Both the position numbers and the translations under genes were made by a program. Source: Octopus bimaculoides (Eukaryota). From it: a DNA stretch of 64,000 nt. Below the pieces are notes generated by a model. The model was not told where the DNA came from and made no database searches. It saw only the letters and a program-made list of their open reading frames with translations. Position 1 is the stretch's first letter. Every line of letters starts with the position of its first letter. The stretch is taken from contig NC_068985.1 in the NCBI RefSeq assembly GCF_001194135.2, positions 88,031,880 to 88,095,879 of the forward strand, read 5' to 3'. Of the stretch, positions 39,236-53,527 are shown in pieces.

Positions 39236-39245
39236 TGATGATGAT
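38982..39245. repeat. Compound trinucleotide tract (CTG)n(CTA)n(GAT)n(AAC)n(AAT)n
   Basis: Direct reading. Confidence 0.93.
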
Positions 39246-40924
39246 TTTGAGGGAAATGCTGTGTCGATTATATCTTACCGAATAGGTAACTATTACTTAT
39301 TTGATCGACCCCAAAACGCAGAAAGTCAAAGTCGACCGCCGCTTTTGTTGATGCTACGCTTAATGTTCGTGTCTTCAGAGCGATTTCAGCGGGCGATCAA
39401 CTTTTCTTAGTTTCACCAAAACTCGAAAGGTGTTCGCGTTAGCGCAGTTGTGTTATTTGAGTCTTCCACCTGTCGACATAAACAAACACCTCTGGGTTAG
39501 GAATCATCGACAAATCAACAGAAATTAGAAATAACTTTACACTCATAGTTATTCTTGACTGTAGGATTTCAATGAGAAGTTGTTGATGGCAACATTGCCA
39601 TACGCCACCCTCTTTATTTTTACCAGAATTTCTTACTGCCTCTGCCTTTGTATATACGGCATTCGAATGTTACATATTCGCAATCTGTAAGACATGTAAT
39701 TGAAATGTTCTCTATACCTTTACAATGACAAAAAAGAAATAAACTGTGCTGTGATATTGCCCTCTTCTGGCGTTAAACAAAGTGTGACATACGTCATGTG
39801 AACATGTTGTACCAGTCCCCGAGTGGAAATTACTCAGACCAGAGGCGAACATTCAGATTATTTTTTTCTCTTTCAGACAAAAAATGTTTCGCAATCTTAT
39901 TTCGATAAAAATAGTTTGGTAATTCTTACTCATGTTGAGGTCACTGACACCATTAACAAAGGTTGTATGAATGGAGACATTGTTACTGCGCTGTTGATGC
40001 ACATTCTTAAACTGACAGTGTCAGAGGTCACCATGTTCCGCTTCAGTAGTGACATATCTGGGAGTGTCACATGTGTCAGGTTGAAGACGCCAAGATTCTG
40101 CAAGTGTATTGAGTTATTCTCTCAACTACCATCTTCAATGGATGTTATCATTGATGGTAATTGTGAAGGTGGAGTTCGGGGTTGGTGCTATCAGAGACTG
40201 TTGGAGTGGGACGTGAAAGTTGCGTTTTGTCCCTCTCTCTGTATTGTTGTAGGGAATGTACTCCGCCTCCCTGTTGATTTCCTTTCTTCCTTTCTTTTCT
40301 CAATCGTTTCTGAAAATAAACAATACCGTATTAAAATTTACATTTTTTTGTTAATGAGCATTATCGAAAAGTGAAAAGAAGAAATGGTCCCAGTAGAGGC
40401 CGAATGTATTGGACGTTCAGTGCAGCATGTCAATGATCAGATCAGCATGAAGACAAAATACCATTAAGGGAAGAAAATAAACAGTTTAATTAGAAAAAGT
40501 TCACAACGGTTACAACCCCACGGACGTTAAAAAGAGAGAACACTTTGACAATGGAAACAAGACCAACAACCAATAAAAAGGAAACCAAAGTTATAAACCA
40601 CAAGCACCACAACAACAAGGTCAACGCGACCAGCAATTAAAAAGGGTTCAAATTTCGATATAAGAACAGTAGATCTAAGGCAAGGGGCTTAGTCGATACT
40701 ATCAACTAGATTATTGACTGTTACTTTATTTTATCGACTTCAAGTGGACGAGAGGCGATGTCGAGACCGGATGAAGTTCGCACTCAGAAAGTATTATGGG
40801 AAAAAAATTCACTCGGAATTTTATCAAACGATCCAAAGATTCTGTACGCTTAACGTTTTATTTTTTTTATTTCTTGAATTGTGAAACATCTTGGTACAAA
40901 ACCAGAAATTTCTAGAAGTAAATA

Positions 40925-41012
40925 GTTAATTTATTTCACCGTCTGCAGTACAAAACTGGTACTTTATTTCATCGACCCCGAAAGGATAAAATGCAAAATT
41001 TACCTTGGTGGT
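40925..41012 (-). mobile_element. SINE family A core fragment
   Basis: aactggtactttatttcatcgaccccgaaaggat. Confidence 0.65.
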
Positions 41013-41025
41013 GTGAGAACACAGA

Positions 41026-41026
<1 letters not shown>

Positions 41027-41081
<55 letters not shown>

Positions 41082-41105
41082 NNNNNNNNNNGTGGTGGTG
41101 GTGGT
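41027..41105. repeat. (TAG)n / (GTG)n tract with a 10-N gap at 41082-41091
   Basis: Direct reading. Confidence 0.92.
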
Positions 41106-41639
41106 AGTGACCGCAGCTGCAGCAGTATGATAAATGATTGTAAAAGAAAGAAAAGATGAAGAGGATGTGGAGGAGAAGAGAAAGAAGAAAGGAAAAAATC
41201 TTAGACCCAACGTCGCATATTAATTAGAGGGTTTCATTTGATTAAATCAATCTCGGTTCTTAATTGGCATCAAAAGTGTGAGTGTTTTCACTGAAACTGA
41301 ACGAGTTCGAGAGAGGAAAGAATTATTTTTAGAGTCTTCACATTATCCAATTCTTTAGTAGACAAAAAGCTTGCATTGTTTCAGTTGTCTAATCTTATAA
41401 AAGATTTCGAAATTGCTAGAATATACGCAGACAAACATGTGCACAGAGTTGAAAGAAACATATCGCATCCGTTTATTTCGGCTACGGAAATGTTGATCGC
41501 ATTTTTTAGTAAATGGATTCATAATTTTTTTGTTTGAGATTCCAGAAGATTCCATATAGTGCTGCACTATGTTGGCTCAACAAAAAGAACGTTGTTAATT
41601 AAAACTACAATCGATTCTCCACTCTGAACTTTTAATGCA

Positions 41640-41786
41640 GTTGTCAATTTTTCCACCGAGGTCAACTTCGTCGTTCATTCTTTCCGTTTCGATAATTTAA
41701 GCACCAGTTGTGTACTGAAGGCAATCTAATCGACTGGACACCACCCGCAATATTTCGAGCCTTGTGCCTAGATTAGAAAAGAATAC
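41640..41786 (+). mobile_element. SINE family A, 5'-truncated degenerate copy
   Basis: ccaccgaggtcaacttc...atctaatcgactgg...gccttgtgcctagattagaaaagaata. Confidence 0.7.
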
Positions 41787-43259
41787 ATTTGTCAATTGTA
41801 CAGCATATTATTATATATTTCAGAAAAATATTTCAGAGGGCGCGATTAGACATTGCTGCAGACCGCATGTTGGGCACCACTGATGTATCTATATTACATG
41901 ATTACATCAACTGCATAGTCCTGGCTGGAACGCTTTTGAATGAATTCGTGAATTCGTATAAAATGGCCAGTTCCGGGAGACTTATTATATCGCCATAAAA
42001 AGCATGCGCGTGTACTTACATGTTCCTTGTGAATAGATTTCTTTAAGAACACACCCGTTTATGTTTCCAGGAGAAATACATATTTAAAGAGCGAAAAGAT
42101 TGGTTTGTTATTTCAATTACCCATAGTGAAAGTTGCTTACTGGGTAACACCAACGTATGTTATACTATGTAAAAGACTGATTATATTCCCGATGTTATTC
42201 CATAGTTAAGGTGGTTCTTCCCAGAGTTAAAGCTGTTTTAAATTTAACACGAACAGTTTGCAATATATTGCTGACTTTACTTATAACTTAGAATAATAAC
42301 AATCTCTTTATTGGTCACAAATGACCGAAATATTAGGAAAAGTTGAAAGGCGAAAAACGATAAGCAAGAAGCAGTATGGAATTGTCATCGACTTCAAATA
42401 ATAATAACAATAACAGAATGAATTTTAATAACACAACAGTACAAGTCAAAGTTTAAAAAGTAATTTAAGAAAAAAATTTAGTTCATTCTGTATGAATATT
42501 TAGAGATTCATAAGAATGTTCCCTGAGGCTTTGAGGTAAAAGTCATAGATTATACCTGAACCTAAAGTAATATTTATGTAGTTTACAGTAATGTAACTTC
42601 TTATTTCTGGATGTGATATAAGTTAGAGACAGAAAAACTGTTTAAAATAAATTATAGTAAAATTATCAGAAATGGTGAATAATTACGACCATTTTCCTGT
42701 CAAAAGGATTAAATTCAGTAAAGGACAATGGAAAATATTTATAGATTGGTAAAATTACTTCAAATTGAACAATGCAAACAAAGAATATTAAGAAGAATTC
42801 TTGCGAAATTTACTTAAGAAAATAATGAAGGGAGCCTGATATTGATCTATTTTCATATTAAAAGGATTAAGAATGCAAAGCATTGAATAACCAGAATCTT
42901 CAAATGCATTAATTAAAATAATTAGTGAAATGAGATACCTTACATTAAAAAATTGTAGATTCAAACATATTTCTTCAATAAATTACTTCATACAATCAAG
43001 AATATTCTTTGAATTCCTTGCTTTCATGACGGTTATTTTGTCTGTAAAGATATATTGACAGAGAAAATTGAAATATGACACTCCAATTCCTGAAAAAGGT
43101 AAGTGTTACTGTTTGCAAGTGTTTGTAATACTGATAATAATTCAGTTACTGTCGATTGTTGTAATGGTTTTCAAATATTCATGTACTCCACTATTATCAA
43201 AAGTAATGGAAAGTTGTTGATGCTTCGATCATTATATCCCGGAGCGAATATAATAAAGA

Positions 43260-43640
43260 CAGCAATGATGATGGTCGTGGCAATGCCAATGGCAATGAAG
43301 AACATTATGATGAGAACGATAATGGTGATGATGATCATGAAGACGATGAGAATTTAATCTGTATTAAAACATAATGGTCAATGATAATGATAACAGCAAC
43401 AGAAATACTCATAGCAATGATCATGGCGTTGACGATAATGATGAGGACAACCATAACGACTGCATCTAGGACGATGACGGTTTAGACATCAACGATGATA
43501 AAGACCACGAGGGATGCAATGAGAAAGACGATGACCATAATGATGATGATGATGACGTAAACCATGTAATGATCATGATATCTTATGATGTTGATGATGA
43601 CAGCGAAGACGACGACGGTAATGGCAATAACGGGCTAATT
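43260..43640. repeat. Cryptic (GAT/GAC/AAT) low-complexity tract
   Basis: Persistent 3-nt periodicity; Asp/Asn-rich reading interrupted by stops. Confidence 0.75.
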
Positions 43641-43824
43641 GTTGCATGGCTTTAGTTCCTGAGTTGAAATTCTACAATTAGTCATTTTTACATGACGCTG
43701 CAAACAAACTTGCCACTTCTGCTTTCGATTCGGCGTATTTCGTGATTTTTTTTCTTCTAACTCTTTACTCGCGATATTCATACCATTTGCCATGGCCATG
43801 TCGATGAGCTGATAACATTTGTAA

Positions 43825-43914
43825 GGCGGCGAGCTGGCAGAAACGTTAGCAAGCCGGACGAAATGCTTAGCGTATTCCGTCTGTCTTTACGTTCTGAGTT
43901 CAAATTTCACCGAA
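43825..43914 (+). mobile_element. SINE family A head only
   Basis: ggcggcgagctggcagaaacgttagc...gagttcaaatt, truncated at the LINE junction. Confidence 0.85.
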
Positions 43915-43915
43915 G

Positions 43916-44950
43916 ATTCCCTATTGATGACTGGATTGATTTCACTTAACAATCTATCTGGCTTTCAATCTTCTCAAACAGTTTCAGGTCATCCATATAC
44001 AAAAGATTAATTCTGAATGAACTTTTCGTTTCACATTGGTGACCCATTTTAAACCCAAACCACAATGTTGAAAATGAATCTTCTTGGAAGATAGTCCTTT
44101 TTAATTTCTACTTCTCGAAGAAAGGCTTTGCTAGGAACAACTTGGTCTTCCCCTCTGGCGTATTATTTGTGATGTTGTCAGCAATACCAAACAGCTGCAG
44201 GGTTTCAACAAACCAAGAAAGAGGTACTATAGTATATACCTTTTTAAAGTTAGATCCACGCCAGAGACATACTTCTATGATGTTTTTTACCATTTTTCAA
44301 AACTGTCTCTTCGATAGCCAGATGACCTTGGGTACCCTGAGATGTCTTCCTGTGCCTTCTTTGTTCCCTTGACAATAATGTTGCCTACAAAAGTACGTCC
44401 TACCCGTCAACATTCCAGCAAGGACCTTCCATGTTATATTCAGACAAGTTACAGGATGATGGCTTCCGACAGCAGCATTTCTCGTCATCTGTCATTCATT
44501 ACATCTATTGTTTTCCCCGTTACCATCCATACGCATTCATTCAATTGCGCTGCCAGTCTTTCTTGAAGCACATTGCATCTCTTTAACTAATAGACATAGA
44601 TGACATCTGAACCGGGAGCATTTCGATTGCAAGCAACGCGTTCTGTCCTTGCGCAATATCTGCATTTCGAAAGGTCAACCGTGTCACAGTCTGTTTCGTG
44701 CTGAATGTCTTTGAGAACTACTTAAAGTTACTCACATGTGTCTGCGGAGTGCTCAGCAACATACATATTAATTTCACAAAAAGGCTGCTCTGTTGATCTC
44801 ATCAACTGTTTCACACGGCGTCGTAACCAACAATGTGCCAGTTATGCTTTCAAACAATTTCGAAAAGGCTTCGTCTTCTTTCTTAACTACCTCTATTTTT
44901 CTCGGCCATTATTCTGCCTGCTCACATCTGGTCACGCATTTTTTCATTTA
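43916..44950 (-). mobile_element. Dong/R4 LINE reverse transcriptase remnant
   Basis: NAPGSD...LQERLAAQLNE, HPVTCLNITWKVL, VPLSWFVETLQLFGIADNI, IFQEDS, INLLYMDDLKLF (YMDD at 43988-43999). Confidence 0.88.
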
Positions 44951-45883
44951 TTCAACTGTTTCTTCTTATTACGGTTTCTTCCAAAATGTTTTCATTTAAC
45001 TTTATATTATTCTTTTTTCGTCTCTCTGTTATCACTCCACCATTTCCTCCATTGCAAACGGATAAAATTTGAGTTCTAGACGTATGCATTTGGCTGAATA
45101 TCCTTCTAGAAATATCAGTCAAATCTCTATAAAATTATTATCTATCGCATTAAAAAAAAAAAAGAAAGAATATATCAAATAATCTATTCTGATATACAAG
45201 TTTTGAAAGCAATACAGGTTGGTCATGACTGGAAATTCTTTGATCATAGGCCTGCTTATTCAGAGCTGACGAATGAATCTAAGCAACCAACAACAACGAT
45301 AATTTCTTGTGCGTTAAAACAAAATATATGCTCTAAAGAATTCTCACCAACTAAATTGAATGTCTTGTCCGAATCCGACCATTTTTTTTTATATCTTGGA
45401 ATTACATATGTACCACCGCTAGCACGTAAGTACACAAACATTGCAATATTTTCTTTCTTCACGAGAGAGGAACACACAGAGAGACTGATTAATGCAGGAA
45501 ACCCCAGAGTCTATGTTTACAGCTCGCTTATAAAAACAGAATATATCTACTACATCTAAACAGCCATTGTTATAGATTGTGGTCTTTCATTGTCCGCCAC
45601 TCAAGCATCTCAATATCAGGACAAATTGATTTAACACTTAATACCAGACAAATAATTCAAACAGAAATAAACCAATATATATGTAAATAGACATGTGTAT
45701 ATACAATATACCTATGTATACAGACACAAGCACATATACACCTGTATATACATAGGTGTACGTCAGAGTGAATGTATGCGTGTGACAGCTGCAATTACGG
45801 TTAAATACACGCGTATACTTCTGTGTGAGCAAGTGTACATGTGTGCGTGTGTGTGTGTTTCTGCGTATGCTGGTGTCTGTATT

Positions 45884-45921
<38 letters not shown>

Positions 45922-45997
45922 CATACACACTATCATTTGAAAATCTCTCGTGATATGTCTCAATGTTTTGTATCTTTATATTGTTAAACTGAATTCT

Positions 45998-46142
45998 GTT
46001 ATTATTATTATTATTATTGTTGTTGTTGTTGTTGTTGTTGCTGTTATTGTTGTTGTTGTTGTTGTTGTTGCTATTATTGTTGTTGGTGTTGTTGTTCTTA
46101 TTATTGTTATTATTACTGCTGTTGTTGTTGGTGGTGGTGGTA
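45998..46142. repeat. (ATT)n/(GTT)n compound tract
   Basis: Direct reading. Confidence 0.92.
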
Positions 46143-47383
46143 ATGCTATTTTTTTCCTGAAAATATCTCCGTAAGTTTCTTTGTTTCATTTTTCCTTAAA
46201 TGTCTTTGAGGCTATAACAGGCGTGTAAGCCAACCAGCACCTCCACCACCACCAGCACTACTACCACGACTGCTTCAGTCGGGGTTTAAACAGCCACAAT
46301 TCTGGGTCACTCCCATCGCTACTCTTCATACTCCGGACCACCAGCTTCCCAGCAAGATAGTATTTATCACGAAATCCAGAATTCTCCGAAACAACTCTGG
46401 AGTTCCCCACTCACCTTCATTCTTCGTTGACATAGAAATAAATATATCTCGAATCCGCCGAAACGTGGCGTAAGCGCTCATCGGTAGGAACGTTTGATTG
46501 CGCTGATAGCCACTTCATCTCCACCTAGTAACCTGAGGTCGTTGTTTAGATGACCTTGTTTAGATGACCACGATATTTGCACCTATACTGTCTAATCTGA
46601 ACAAGGCGATGTTAGATGAAAGAATGGACGAAGAAAAGGTTAGTTTCAGCGATTTTGTTGGAGAAGCGGGAATGAATGCTCCGTTCCCATAACTATACGT
46701 GGATGTTTCCAGAAGCAGTGTTTTGTGGATACAGTCTTTTGTGAATATTTCTCCTGAAGCTCTCATCTCGTTCAGGATATTTAGTTTATGTAGTGGTGTA
46801 TACATTTTTGCGATGTTAGGATGACTTTTATGAATGTTGCTGTGCTGTTTGTTGGTGTGATAAGGTTGGTTTTTGTGATATTTGCATGGTTATATATGTG
46901 TTCCGTTAGTTCTTTATTGTTTGTATCTATTGTTGTGTAGTTAATGATGCTTGTACGTCTTTCCAAGTTTGTCAGATCATTAGGAGAAGATTGACATGAT
47001 AGTCAATGTCTCTTCAAAACTATCTCCCACCACATTCTTTCTCTGTTTTGGGAGATGAAGACTCTGCCATATTGAAATTGTTATACAGTATTTCGAAAAG
47101 AAAATAATCTTTATTTTCAAAATTCATCCTCTTAGGGCAGGTCTGCTGCATGTACCACACACACTATGCACCAAAAAGGTAAGAGGAATAGATGTATAAC
47201 AATGAAAACAAGTCACTAATTCATAGGCCGATTGTGACATGTGTAGTCTCGGCGATAAAGAAGAACAATAACAACAACGATAATTTCTCTTTCTACTATA
47301 AGCACAAGCCCTGAAACATTAGTTGTGGGAACTAGTCGATTAAATCAACTCCAGCGTTTACGGGAAAACGTGTTAATAGCACC

Positions 47384-48280
47384 AATAATTGTCGGAACCC
47401 TGGAAACAGCGAGTAAATATCTTGAGAGGTCAGAATGAAATAAGTTTATTAAAAGCCGCTAGAGTCAAGTTACAGCTAGTCATATGTAAACCGAAACACA
47501 AAACGAACTTAAAACCCAGAAAAAAAATAAGAGAAATTACCTCACTGGCATGGGAAATATTTGCATGGTAGATTCCTAAAGATAGTCGCAGCAAAGAGTA
47601 ATAGCGAGACATGGCTATGGTTGCAGAAATGAAATCTGAACAGAGAGAAAGTCTGTTTGTTAGTAGCGGCGTAAGATCAAGCATTTAAGGACTAATTGTA
47701 TAAAAGCCAAGCTAGTCAAAGACCAAGTAGGTTGCCAATGTAGGTTATGAAAAACCAAAATAGGAAAGCGTTACCCATATAGTAAGTGAATGTAGCATGA
47801 TGGCACAGAAAGAATGCAAAAAGAAATTACAACCCAGGGTGGGTAGACCACTGAGAGCTATGTAGAAAAATATGATTTAAACATACTGATAAATGGTTTG
47901 AACATGAACCCAGTAAAGAACAAAAAAATAAATACAAGATGTTGTGGGACTTCAACTTCTAGACTGAAAGTGTAGTAGAAACTAGAACGCCTGATTTAGT
48001 TAGTCGTAAATAAAAAGAATAAAAAGTCCGAAAGAATTGCCTTACAGTCTCAAATAATGAAAACATTAATATGAAAAATATCGAAAAAATCAAATGGTAA
48101 CTGTTGATGCCGCAGAAGCATAATGTGTCGACGAATATCTTTTGATAGGAGTATGATAAATACAATTTGTGGGAAAACTGATAAAAGCTGTCACAACACA
48201 TATCCAGAAAGAGAATATGACGCAGACAAGGAGCTATTGCTCTACTCGCTGAGAAGTCAATTCGACTAACGAAAACAAAG
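47384..48280 (+). mobile_element. Dong/R4 LINE remnant (pre-knuckle, CCHC knuckle, RLE)
   Basis: WHGKYLHGRFL..TWLWLQK, SVTHIVSECSMMAQKE, DKWFEHEP, KMLWDFNF, TRTPDLV. Confidence 0.85.
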
Positions 48281-49387
48281 CAGACTACGAAAAAGAACCA
48301 TGGAGTAAATGATACATTGAGAATGGCATAATGGGTTTAAGGCAAGGTTTAAGTAGAAGTGAACAACAGTCTGAAGGAAAGTAGGTAATGGGGAAAAAAA
48401 AGGCTGATTGGGAGACATAGACAAGAAATTATTCTATTGAGTAAATGATGAGTTAAAGAATAGGACATTACTGAAAAGGAAGAAAATAAGAAGACATGTG
48501 CACAGGAATATGCAGTCCAAGGAGAAGAGATTATTCGAAATTTGTCCTCGGTTTGGAAGGAAAAAAATACCCTAACCATTCAACCACAAGTCTTTGAAGG
48601 CATAAAAGAGCAAGGTTTCCTGTTTGACTTTAAGAATGTTTGTTTGAAGTATGTGTATTGGAACATCGGATTTGTGAGAAACGCAGTTTCTGCATCAGTG
48701 GACCTTTCTTACTGGAGAGTCTCATTAGGATCTTATTGTCCAGAAAGTAAGAACAATAATTCATTCATCCACCTGAATAAAACCCTACCAAACTACAAAA
48801 GAAATCATTCATGATAATCCTGAAATGGTTTCAGCTTAGGATTTCAATACGTTTGAGGAATAAGTTAAGGAGGACTTCTACAATACTGTGGAATTATGGG
48901 AAGACGTATACTAACAACACTGGTTTTGCGTAAGCGTATACTGAATATTTCCAGGAAGACGTCTAGCCTATTAAAGCGACAACAGTATAATGCAACCATT
49001 TCAAATACTCATCAATAATTGTTCACTGCAGCGACATTTCATACTGAAAGTTTAATTATTTTACGACAATGAGGGGAGTAACAGATACATCAGCAATCGC
49101 ATTGCACCTGCTCCGCTTTATAATTACCAATAAGACTTATAATATGAAATATGGGAAAGAAAGAAACTATTACAAATATAATGACTAGGACAATAACAAA
49201 ACGCGTGGAAATATGAATTCGGGAGCAAATATATAAAAAAAAAGGCCATGAAAATTGTGACGAAAATCATTGCTTTAAGTTGAGGTACCCCTTATATTTT
49301 CATGTTTGAGCATTTATTCATCTCAGTCACTACTTTGAATCATAAGTCGAATAGATGTAGCTTGTCAAATTTCATATATAAATTTAA

Positions 49388-49592
49388 AGTTCTGGCACAA
49401 GGTCAGCAAATTTCAAAGAGATGGAAGTCTTTTACATCGAACCAAGTGTTCAACTGATACTGATTTTGTCGGACCCGAACTATGAAAGACACGGTGAACT
49501 TGGGTAGAATTTGAACACGGACACGTAAGGACGCACAAAATACAATTAAGCATTTTGACCAGAGTGCTATGGATTCTGGAAGCTCGACACCT
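49388..49592 (-). mobile_element. SINE family A, degenerate full copy
   Basis: Colinear tail-core-head on the minus strand. Confidence 0.7.
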
Positions 49593-49712
49593 TTGAAACC
49601 TTATTAACATTGAAAAGGGTAAGGGTAGATATAATTCTGCTCGTCACTATATGGGCACCTAGGACAATGGAAAAACGCATCGTACCAATTAAGAATATTG
49701 GACACACAGGCA

Positions 49713-49716
<4 letters not shown>

Positions 49717-49769
<53 letters not shown>

Positions 49770-49860
49770 GCACACACACAGATATTTATATATTTATGTA
49801 TATGTATGTATATACGATTTGTTTCCTTCAATTTCCGTCTACCAAATCCACTCACAAGCT
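49717..49860 (-). mobile_element. (CA)n tract plus SINE family B middle fragment
   Basis: (CA)n followed by tttccgtctaccaaatccactcacaag. Confidence 0.65.
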
Positions 49861-50301
49861 TTTTGCAGAACACAGGCAAAGATAAAGCCATCACGACTGG
49901 AAGTTCTTCTACATACTTCTCAGATTTAGAAACTATAGATTATCTCTAATTTTGATAGCTAAAGCAGAGCACTCAGTTATATCGAAGACTTTAAAAATGC
50001 TGCGTCTGACATTTTTGTAATAATTTTTTTTTTTAAATGAACGCAGAAATTTGTCTTCCCAATGGGCTGCATTCAAATGTAATGATACTTATTATATTAC
50101 TGATAAATAGTATATAATTAGTCTATGATTTAAATATTTTTGAATATATGTAATGCTAGGGAAGAGTAAAAAAGAAAATTGAGAAATGAAATGCGTAGGA
50201 AATGAATTATAATAGATATGCGCCAGAGATAAGAGATGAAATAACGAAGGAAAAAAAATGTAAAGGAAGAAAGGACAAAATAGTATTGAATAGGAAGGAA
50301 G

Positions 50302-50304
<3 letters not shown>

Positions 50305-50373
<69 letters not shown>

Positions 50374-50425
50374 CAGAGAGAGACAGAGAGAGAGACAGAG
50401 AGAGACAGAGAGAGAGACAGAGAGA
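50305..50425. repeat. (GA)n/(GACAGA)n microsatellite
   Basis: Direct reading. Confidence 0.95.
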
Positions 50426-50639
50426 TTGTATTTTAAGTTATATTCTAGAATAGAAATGAATAAGAAAATATTTTATCAGGTAATCGAAATGCTCTTCAGT
50501 TGCCTTTAGAGACATCTTGTCACTAGATCTCGTATGATGTAGACAAAAGGTCTGAGAATGGTAGCAGGAAATTTAAATAATATTTTGACTCCCTGATAGG
50601 TTTTATGTTAGCATTCATAATTTAACATTGGCGGAACGG

Positions 50640-50800
50640 TTTCAAATTGATTTAAAGTTTTTGTTGTCTATACTGGAATACTGATAATACGGTTCATTCC
50701 ATTCTTTGGGAATAAGTATTGTTTGCGTGGGCAGCCATTTTGTAATTTTGGGAACATTGATTTCTCTATTCCTTTTGAAGATACCCACGTTTTGGAGATC
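50640..50800 (-). mobile_element. Possible Dong/R4 RT domain 0-1 fragment
   Basis: KWLPTQTILIPKE resembles PxWLTxGxTxLIPK. Confidence 0.4.
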
Positions 50801-51515
50801 TGAAATGATTTGCATTGAAATATTGAGTAAATTCATCCATATTTAGAATCGTTTATAATCCAAAATATTTCGCCTTTCAAAATATACTTCATGTTTATTT
50901 CATCAAGTTTGGTTGAATGAATTCTTAAGGAGCTTCAATGACATATGATTGTTAGAGAGAAACCGATATGTAAATGTTATTCCAGTCTTTAGTACAATTC
51001 TTCGACAGAATGTATTTGTGTCATACAGAGTTTAGTGATAAGCAAGTTAGGGGTCAAATCAATTTCTATTGCACACTGGACTGAAGTTAAAACTATGTCT
51101 CACCAGCAGGAGGGAGATTATCATTTTTTAGGGCCCTACTGACAATGAAGGCCAAAGTAAATGGATGAAGGGCTACGTATATTTCGTATTCAAATATGAA
51201 TATAAAAGTGTTCAAATGAATACAAAATTATAGGTATTAAGTCATGCTGCCCAAGTTTTAATCATGTTACCAATAGAATCTAGTATTCACTAAATATCGT
51301 ATCATGTGTTTCTTATAAAACAATATATGTTATTGTGTTTGTATTTAAACGAACATTGCAGAAAATATATACAGGCGATCGACAGGCACAGTTTTCCAAT
51401 ATTATTTGTTGGTGACAAACACGCATGGACATCCAAAAACTCTACCGAAAAGTATAGGTTCCGATATAGATATGCAAGATATTTATTGATTTGAGCGGAA
51501 GGCGACCAGGATAAT

Positions 51516-51730
51516 CTTTCCTGCTCTAGGCACAAGGGCCGAAATTTTGGGGGAGGGGCCGAGTCAATTAAATCATCCTCAATATGAAACTGGTATTCAA
51601 TTTATCGACCTCGAACGGATGAAAAGCAAAGTCGACCTCTACGTAATTTGAATTCAGAACGAAAAGGAAGACGAAATACTGCTAAGCATTTCGCCCGACG
51701 TGCTAACATTTCTGCCATCTCACCGCCGTA
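51516..51730 (-). mobile_element. SINE family A full copy with TSD
   Basis: Flanked by GCG(A/G)CCAGGATAAT at 51502-51515 and 51731-51744. Confidence 0.9.
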
Positions 51731-53495
51731 GCGGCCAGGATAATTTTAAATAAATTGATGCATAAGAAATGATATTTGATTGAAATATCGATTTGCATAA
51801 AATGTATAATGTATTAGAACGACGCTATTTGGTCTTAGAAGAATTGTTTAATAGGAATCGTAAGTTCTATTAAGGACTTGTGTGTCCTTAATATAAACAT
51901 ACTTAGAAAATCACGTTGTTAAATAACTACCTAAAAACATGAAAGGGAGAAAATCATAAAAGAAAAAAAAAACAAGAACACACAGAATAACTGAAATTTA
52001 TAACAAATATCGTCGGCTGATCGCTAGGAACGACCTTTTAACCTCGTGTTAAACTGAAACATTGTTAAGGTAAGTCTTCAGGATCACGGTCTTCATAGAA
52101 ACACTGGCAAAAGAGTGAGATGTGTAAGCACGTCTTATATGGCCGTTGTCACTGAATGATGGCAGAATGGAAATGTGTATTTTAGATAAATATTATTGAA
52201 ATTTATGATGACGTCTGTGACTATGATGTCATCCGCCCACAATATGTATGTACATACACACAAGTGCACACACCCATATTAAGACAGAGTGGAACACATA
52301 GATATGAAACACTAAATCACTGGCAACACGCATATAGAGAATGAGATTTATAAGAAAGTTTAGAGAAAAAAAGTATGATTTCTACATGAAGTGGGAAAGA
52401 AAGGATATATGTAAGAGTGTTAAAGAAAGATGTTCTGCTGAAATAATTACACTGAATTTGAGAGAAAGATATGAAAATGAGTAATATAGAAAAATCGAAA
52501 GAAACAGCAATGTAGTAAGATAATATGATCACCGAGATGAAGAAATAAGGAATTGTTACAACAAACAAGTAAACGTGTGTATTTGTAAGAGTATTAAAAG
52601 AATGATACAACAATAGAAGTAATGAAAGAATAGTTTTAATCCTGTTTGTTTTTCATTTAACAATGATGTTTAACTATTTCGCGCTAAAGAATTAAAACGA
52701 TATAACAACGCACACTTCCATACACACACAAACACACACGCACATACAGACATATACAGACTCTCACACACAAGGAATAAAAAAGAAGTATTTGGAGACG
52801 AAACATGAAGTAAACAGGAAAAAACGACAAGAATATTTTCAGAAGCAAACATGATTAAGCAGTGACAGAGGAAATGCTCACCAAAACGAAGATAATTCCT
52901 TATCAGAATCAATGCATGATTTATACATCAATACACACCATTGACGCACATGTTTGGCATCACATTTAGATATACACGCATACAGATAATCTTAAATATA
53001 GACATTAATCTGTAAGAGATGGTAGAATAAACTTTGTATGAAAAGTGATTATAAAATGCGAATTTACTCTTGTTTTGTTATTTCAGTTTTAATTATTGAG
53101 ATTTGTTATAAATTTGAGCTATACAATGAGTTTTGTTTCTTTATTTGATGATTTTCTCCCTTCCATGGTTTTATTGCGTTATTTCAAAACCTGATTTTCT
53201 AAGTATGTTTATAGTAAGTTTAATATTTCTATAGTTTTCAATTATTGTTTTTCTTTTTATATCAATAAGATTTTTTCATGATTGATAAATAGTTAAATGA
53301 ATATTGAATTTCTCAAATCTTTGTTTTGCTAGACAATTTCTGCTGAGCGTATGTCTGTTTTGTATGCATGTACTTATACATGTACAGAGAACACATGCAC
53401 GTGCGCAGAATCACAAACTCACGCACAAGCATACACATACAAACACATACACAAAACAATCTCCTTCTTTCTCTCTCTCTCTCTCTCCCTATATG

Positions 53496-53527
<32 letters not shown>

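Noticed and set aside
42290-43030. Possible CR1/L2 3' end on the minus strand (GGTCA-TTTG-TGACC stem-loop plus AATAAA)
   Set aside because: The terminal signal is suggestive but I could not recover RT motifs from the translation.
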